Source: Flavobacterium sp.
GTDB lineage: Bacteria > Bacteroidota > Bacteroidia > Flavobacteriales > Flavobacteriaceae
Reading direction: 5' to 3'
NCBI GenBank assembly: GCA_004296145.1
Contig: SEBM01000001.1
Coordinates: 1 to 37,961 of the forward strand
DNA length: 37,961 nucleotides
Shown: in pieces, positions 34,740-37,961 of the stretch
Numbering within the stretch: the first letter of the stretch is position 1
How the letters are laid out: every line of letters begins with the position of its first letter
Notes under the pieces: generated by a model
Seen by the model: only the letters and a program-made list of their open reading frames with translations
What the model was told of the DNA's origin: nothing
The model's database searches: none
Position numbers and translations under genes: made by a program

Positions 34740-35231
34740 TTAATGTAATTGATCAATTGATTCAATTAGTATCGTATAAACTCTCTTAAATACCATTAAA
34801 AGCGTTACCAATAATTCAAATAATAGAAAATACAGGGTCACATACACATAGCAAGATATTATACTTATATCCCTTACTAAAATTAAAAGTATTATGGCTA
34901 GCGCTATTATCGCAGTTACAACGATGTTTGAAATGGTTTCCTTTAGTACATCTAACACATTTGTCCGTTTAAATTTTTCTTTTGTGCTTAATTCAAAAAT
35001 AATTCCTATAAAATTTAGCGATAAACCAATATAAATAGACAAGCCAGCAATTATAGTATTTGCGTAGTCATTGTCAATTTTTATTGATTTATAAACTAAT
35101 AATACGCTTAAGCCAATAGGTAGCAAAACAAATGTAAATAAATCCCAAAACGAGACTTGATTTGACCTATTTGCAAATACTGATTTGATGTGCTGACTGA
35201 CGATTTTACTTATGTCTATTTTCGAGCTCAT
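34740..35231 (-). CDS. Four-TM membrane protein
   Basis: 163 aa with four hydrophobic stretches (FTFVLLPIGLSVLLV; IIAGLSIYIGLSLNFIGII; IVVTAIIALAIILLILV; YVYVTLYFLLFELLVTLLMV). Confidence 0.8.
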   Translation of the reverse strand: MSSKIDISKIVSQHIKSVFANRSNQVSFWDLFTFVLLPIGLSVLLVYKSIKIDNDYANTIIAGLSIYIGLSLNFIGIIFELSTKEKFKRTNVLDVLKETISNIVVTAIIALAIILLILVRDISIISCYVYVTLYFLLFELLVTLLMVFKRVYTILIESIDQLH

Positions 35232-35238
35232 GTTAATT

Positions 35239-36201
35239 TTATAAACCTATTTCTTTAATCATGTCTTCTGTGAATTTTACTAAAAACTCTTGCATTTCCT
35301 TTTCTTTAGGATGGTTTCTCTCGTCTAATTCTACATTATCAACATAATATACAGGAGACAACTTAATGTTGTTTTCTAACTTAGAAGAAGCAGTCTTGCC
35401 TTTATGTTCAAACCTTGCAATTACTTCGGTTTCTTTGTCCAGCCCTAATTCTTCAAAACTTTCCAGTTCTATAATATCTGTATGATTTCCAAATATTTTT
35501 TCTGACAAAAATTCCTTTACACGACCACTAAAACCAGTTATATTTACTTCAATTGTTAACTCTTCGCCGGCTTTGAATTCTTTTTTAAAGAGTGAATCTG
35601 CTTTATCAGAAGGCAAATGGGAACGTCTAAGCGTTATCTTTTGTAACACACCTTTTTTCATCTTCTTTTCTGCTGCTTTTGTGATGTGTTCATTATAGTC
35701 TATAGCATATTTTTCGTCGATTGATTTGATAAACTTAGAAAAATGAAGCTTCAATGGACCATCCATATTTAAGTCACCTAACGACTGCACGATCAACAAT
35801 GCTTTATTTGTATTATCTGGTGTGTAAAAAATAAAGTGAAAAGGCAAACTTTGAATCTTATCCGCGGTTACTTTATATTCAGTATTTTCTGTATTGTTAA
35901 TATCCTTAACGTCATAAAATAAGTTAGTAGTTCCACCATCTAACACGCCATAAACAAAATATTTACCTGAATTAAACTTTATTTTATTTTCAGGTATAGT
36001 AAAACCTTTAGGCCAATTTTTATATACAATAAATTTTTTATCAAATGATTGGATATATTTTGTAAAAAGGTTGATGAATTTTTCGGAATCATTATTGCCT
36101 TCCATTCTTGAATAAATTTCAGACCAGAATAGGGATTCCTTAGGCTTATTAATTTCCCTTAAATTTAATGTGTAAACTTTTAGTTTTATATCGTGAGGCA
36201 T
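35239..36201 (-). CDS. Hypothetical soluble protein (320 aa), operon partner of the 4-TM protein
   Basis: Long ORF ending 7 bp before the TM gene; beta-rich pattern (FVYGVLDGG, PFHFIFYTP, ALLIVQSLG). Confidence 0.75.
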   Translation of the reverse strand: MPHDIKLKVYTLNLREINKPKESLFWSEIYSRMEGNNDSEKFINLFTKYIQSFDKKFIVYKNWPKGFTIPENKIKFNSGKYFVYGVLDGGTTNLFYDVKDINNTENTEYKVTADKIQSLPFHFIFYTPDNTNKALLIVQSLGDLNMDGPLKLHFSKFIKSIDEKYAIDYNEHITKAAEKKMKKGVLQKITLRRSHLPSDKADSLFKKEFKAGEELTIEVNITGFSGRVKEFLSEKIFGNHTDIIELESFEELGLDKETEVIARFEHKGKTASSKLENNIKLSPVYYVDNVELDERNHPKEKEMQEFLVKFTEDMIKEIGL

Positions 36202-36225
36202 AATTATTTTAAATAATGATAAAAT

Positions 36226-36609
36226 TTATTGAGGCATATCAAATCTATAAGATACTTGATTGCTGAAATGGTTATGAGAGCCTGCACGCCCCCAACCGTT
36301 TGCACCAATCTCCTTAGCTTTCTTCTTTATTTCTTCTTCAATAAAGTTATCGCTTAAATGTTTTGCATTGAAAGTAACTAAGCCGCCTGGTGTGACTTTT
36401 TCAAGAGCTTTAAAAAAGTCTACTTTTTCCTGCTCACTTTCTGGATGAGATATTGTTGTAATACCATTCTCTATTTTATACAAAAAACCATCTTGAGTAT
36501 AGATAGCTTTAATACTGAGATCACTTTGGTCTTCTAAATTTTCAAATTCTATTTTGGCAATAGTTTTTCCAATCAATTCGTTTTCTACTACTTTTTGAGA
36601 TCGTTCCAT
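36226..36609 (-). CDS. Hypothetical protein (127 aa)
   Basis: ATG-started ORF with protein-like composition, co-oriented with its neighbours; no motif recognised. Confidence 0.65.
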   Translation of the reverse strand: MERSQKVVENELIGKTIAKIEFENLEDQSDLSIKAIYTQDGFLYKIENGITTISHPESEQEKVDFFKALEKVTPGGLVTFNAKHLSDNFIEEEIKKKAKEIGANGWGRAGSHNHFSNQVSYRFDMPQ

Positions 36610-36617
36610 TTATTTAC

Positions 36618-36695
36618 TTAAATTTTATCTTTATTCTTATACCCCTCAGCAAACTCCCTCAACCTCTTTGTCAACTCTGGGTTATTCACTGCCAT
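36618..36695 (-). CDS. Small ORF (25 aa, MAVNNPELTKRLREFAEGYKNKDKI)
   Basis: Translated by hand. Fills the gap between the XRE gene and the 127-aa gene, 8 bp from the next ATG; amphipathic-helix-like. Confidence 0.3.
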   Translation of the reverse strand: MAVNNPELTKRLREFAEGYKNKDKI

Positions 36696-36718
36696 TTACA
36701 CCTTTTCTCATATATCTA

Positions 36719-36955
36719 CTATTCTTCAATCCAATTTTCAGGCATAAAATCTTTCAAGCTACAGTTTAAATATTTTGCTATTTCATTTAGTTGATCATAG
36801 GAATACATACTTGCTGAACTTTCCATTTCAATCTGCCCAATAAATCCAGCCGAAACTTTCAAAAGATCTGCTAAATCCCTCTGTGTTTTCTTTTCTCTAT
36901 TCCGAATTAAGAGAACTAGTTTAACAATCTCGTTTTCAGTAATAGACTTAGGCAT
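36719..36955 (-). CDS. XRE-family helix-turn-helix transcriptional regulator
   Basis: IRNREKKTQRDLADLLKVSAGFIGQIE...LNEIAKYLNCSLKDF, a Cro/C1-type HTH pattern. Confidence 0.9.
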   Translation of the reverse strand: MPKSITENEIVKLVLLIRNREKKTQRDLADLLKVSAGFIGQIEMESSASMYSYDQLNEIAKYLNCSLKDFMPENWIEE

Positions 36956-36970
36956 AATTATTTAATTTTA

Positions 36971-37002
36971 TTTGCTTAGTAATAACTAAGTTTGTATATT
37001 TG
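36971..37002 (+). promoter_or_regulatory. Bacteroidota housekeeping-sigma promoter (-33/-7)
   Basis: TTTG at 36971-36974, 20-bp spacer, TATATTTG (TAnnTTTG) at 36995-37002. Confidence 0.7.
36975..36990. promoter_or_regulatory. Palindromic operator candidate CTTAGT-N4-ACTAAG
   Basis: Perfect 6-bp inverted repeat inside the promoter spacer, 20-35 bp upstream of the XRE start codon. Confidence 0.6.
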
Positions 37003-37064
37003 TTATCAGTTATTTATAGCGACAAATAGAGTAGGGGTAACCTTGCTTTTTACGATGTCACTCA

Positions 37065-37249
37065 TGAAACGAAACCGTCAATTTCCTCCATGAGCTATCG
37101 TGAGTTCGCCATTACTATTGAGTTTTGCTATCTTCGTGATACCTTATTCAATAGGGCGAATTTCGCGTCAGTCTTTTGGGGGGCTCAGATTTAATCTGAG
37201 TAGGTTCTTGACGGTACCAGTTTCAAAAGCAGCGGAGTTCGCCCTATTG
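37065..37249 (+). ncRNA. Structured leader / ncRNA candidate with alternative pairings
   Basis: ACCGTCAA(37074)/TTGACGGT(37208), CAATAGGGCGAA(37149)/TTCGCCCTATTG(37238), hairpin CTCAGAT/ATCTGAG (37184-37200), GAGTTCGCC repeated at 37102 and 37235; lies downstream of the predicted promoter. Confidence 0.5.
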
Positions 37250-37672
37250 GTCTTTAACCAATTCGGTTTCCTTCTTTTGCCCTGGGTACACATCGTTTTA
37301 CATAACCAAATACCTAACCTAATGAAAACGAAAAAACCAAATGTTTCCCATTGCCAGCAGCCAGTTCGGTTGTTGCGTAATTATTCCCTTTTCCTCTTGT
37401 TAAAGAACGTCATCTGTTCTCCATCATAGCAAAGCTTGATATTCAAAAATTAAAATAGGCCAATAAAAAAGAGGAGCTGTGGGTGAGAGCGCACATCAAT
37501 TCTTTAGATCGGTTTACATTTAGTTTTTGTACCAGCCCTTTAGTTTTTAAGCTAAAGGTGTAATACGATGGTTTGTTGCTATCGGTGTTTTTTTCACTAC
37601 CTTACCTTCTCTCAATCACCCCAAAACAATTGTTTGCACTCATTATTGGCAAACCAGTATAGATAAAAGTAT

Positions 37673-37751
37673 AAAGCGGGAACCGAATAGGTTTTTTGTA
37701 AATAATCAGTTAGCCCGGTATCATAAGCACTGGGTGGTTCCCGCTTTTTTT
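37673..37751 (+). terminator. Stem-loop with T-tract (terminator/attenuator-like)
   Basis: 12-bp stem AAAGCGGGAACC(37673-84)/GGTTCCCGCTTT(37736-47) enclosing an inner GCCCGGT/ACTGGGT hairpin, followed by a T run. Confidence 0.45.
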
Positions 37752-37785
37752 ATTTCTTTTTCTTAAACACTTACCATCTATTCTA

Positions 37786-37961
37786 ATGAAAAAAATAACG
37801 ATTTTACTCGTACTGGCATTGTTATGCCTAAATATTTGCGGCAAGGCGCAAGAGATACAACCCTTAAAATTAGGCGATAAGTTGCCTGATGCATTCTGGC
37901 AACAGGAGTATACCATTTACAAAGACGGCAAAACAACAAGCCAAAACCTGGCTGCTTACAA
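37786..37961 (+). CDS. Secreted protein, probably TlpA/redoxin family, truncated by the window end
   Basis: Translated by hand: MKKITILLVLALLCLNICGKAQEIQPLKLGDKLPDAFWQQ...NLAAY; signal peptide ending A-Q, then the PLKxGDKLP start typical of TlpA-like proteins. The CxxC motif lies outside the window. Confidence 0.7.
   Translation, partial: MKKITILLVLALLCLNICGKAQEIQPLKLGDKLPDAFWQQEYTIYKDGKTTSQNLAAY

Noticed and set aside
37100-37429. 109-aa plus-strand ORF
   Set aside because: GTG start inside the structured leader and low protein-likeness; at most the last 35 codons from ATG 37322 could be a small peptide.
37710-37916. 68-aa minus-strand ORF
   Set aside because: Antisense to the signal-peptide-bearing plus-strand gene starting at 37786.

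Overview
AT-rich window, probably from a Bacteroidota (Sphingobacteriaceae/Pedobacter-like) genome, judged from a TTTG/TAnnTTTG promoter, a CTAA-N5-TTAG SOS-box-like palindrome and gene content. Nearly the whole window is an anti-phage defence island. Left: a UmuD-like S24 gene. Plus strand 1695-19079: a tightly packed Type I R-M operon with two different HsdM subunits (NPPF and NPPY, the m6A/m4C subtype), HsdS and HsdR. Nested inside it are four cargo genes: a GmrSD-like DUF262-HNH protein, a GHKL ATPase fused to a PD-(D/E)XK nuclease, a 1538-aa sacsin-like GHKL protein and a UPF1-like SF1 helicase. Next come a membrane protein flanked by REP-like hairpins and an SBD-like HNH nuclease. Minus strand: an abutting nucleotidyltransferase + TIM-barrel metalloenzyme pair (best candidate for an undescribed system); a four-gene Druantia-like operon (939-aa unknown, 2038-aa DUF1998 helicase, Fe-S PD-(D/E)XK nuclease, C5 methyltransferase) with a dif-like site at its 5' end; a soluble + 4-TM two-gene pair; and an XRE regulator. 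The regulator's divergent promoter carries a palindromic operator and feeds a highly structured leader, followed by a truncated secreted TlpA-like gene. No integrase, tRNA, rRNA or CRISPR array was seen. All family calls come from motif recognition by eye, not from database searches.
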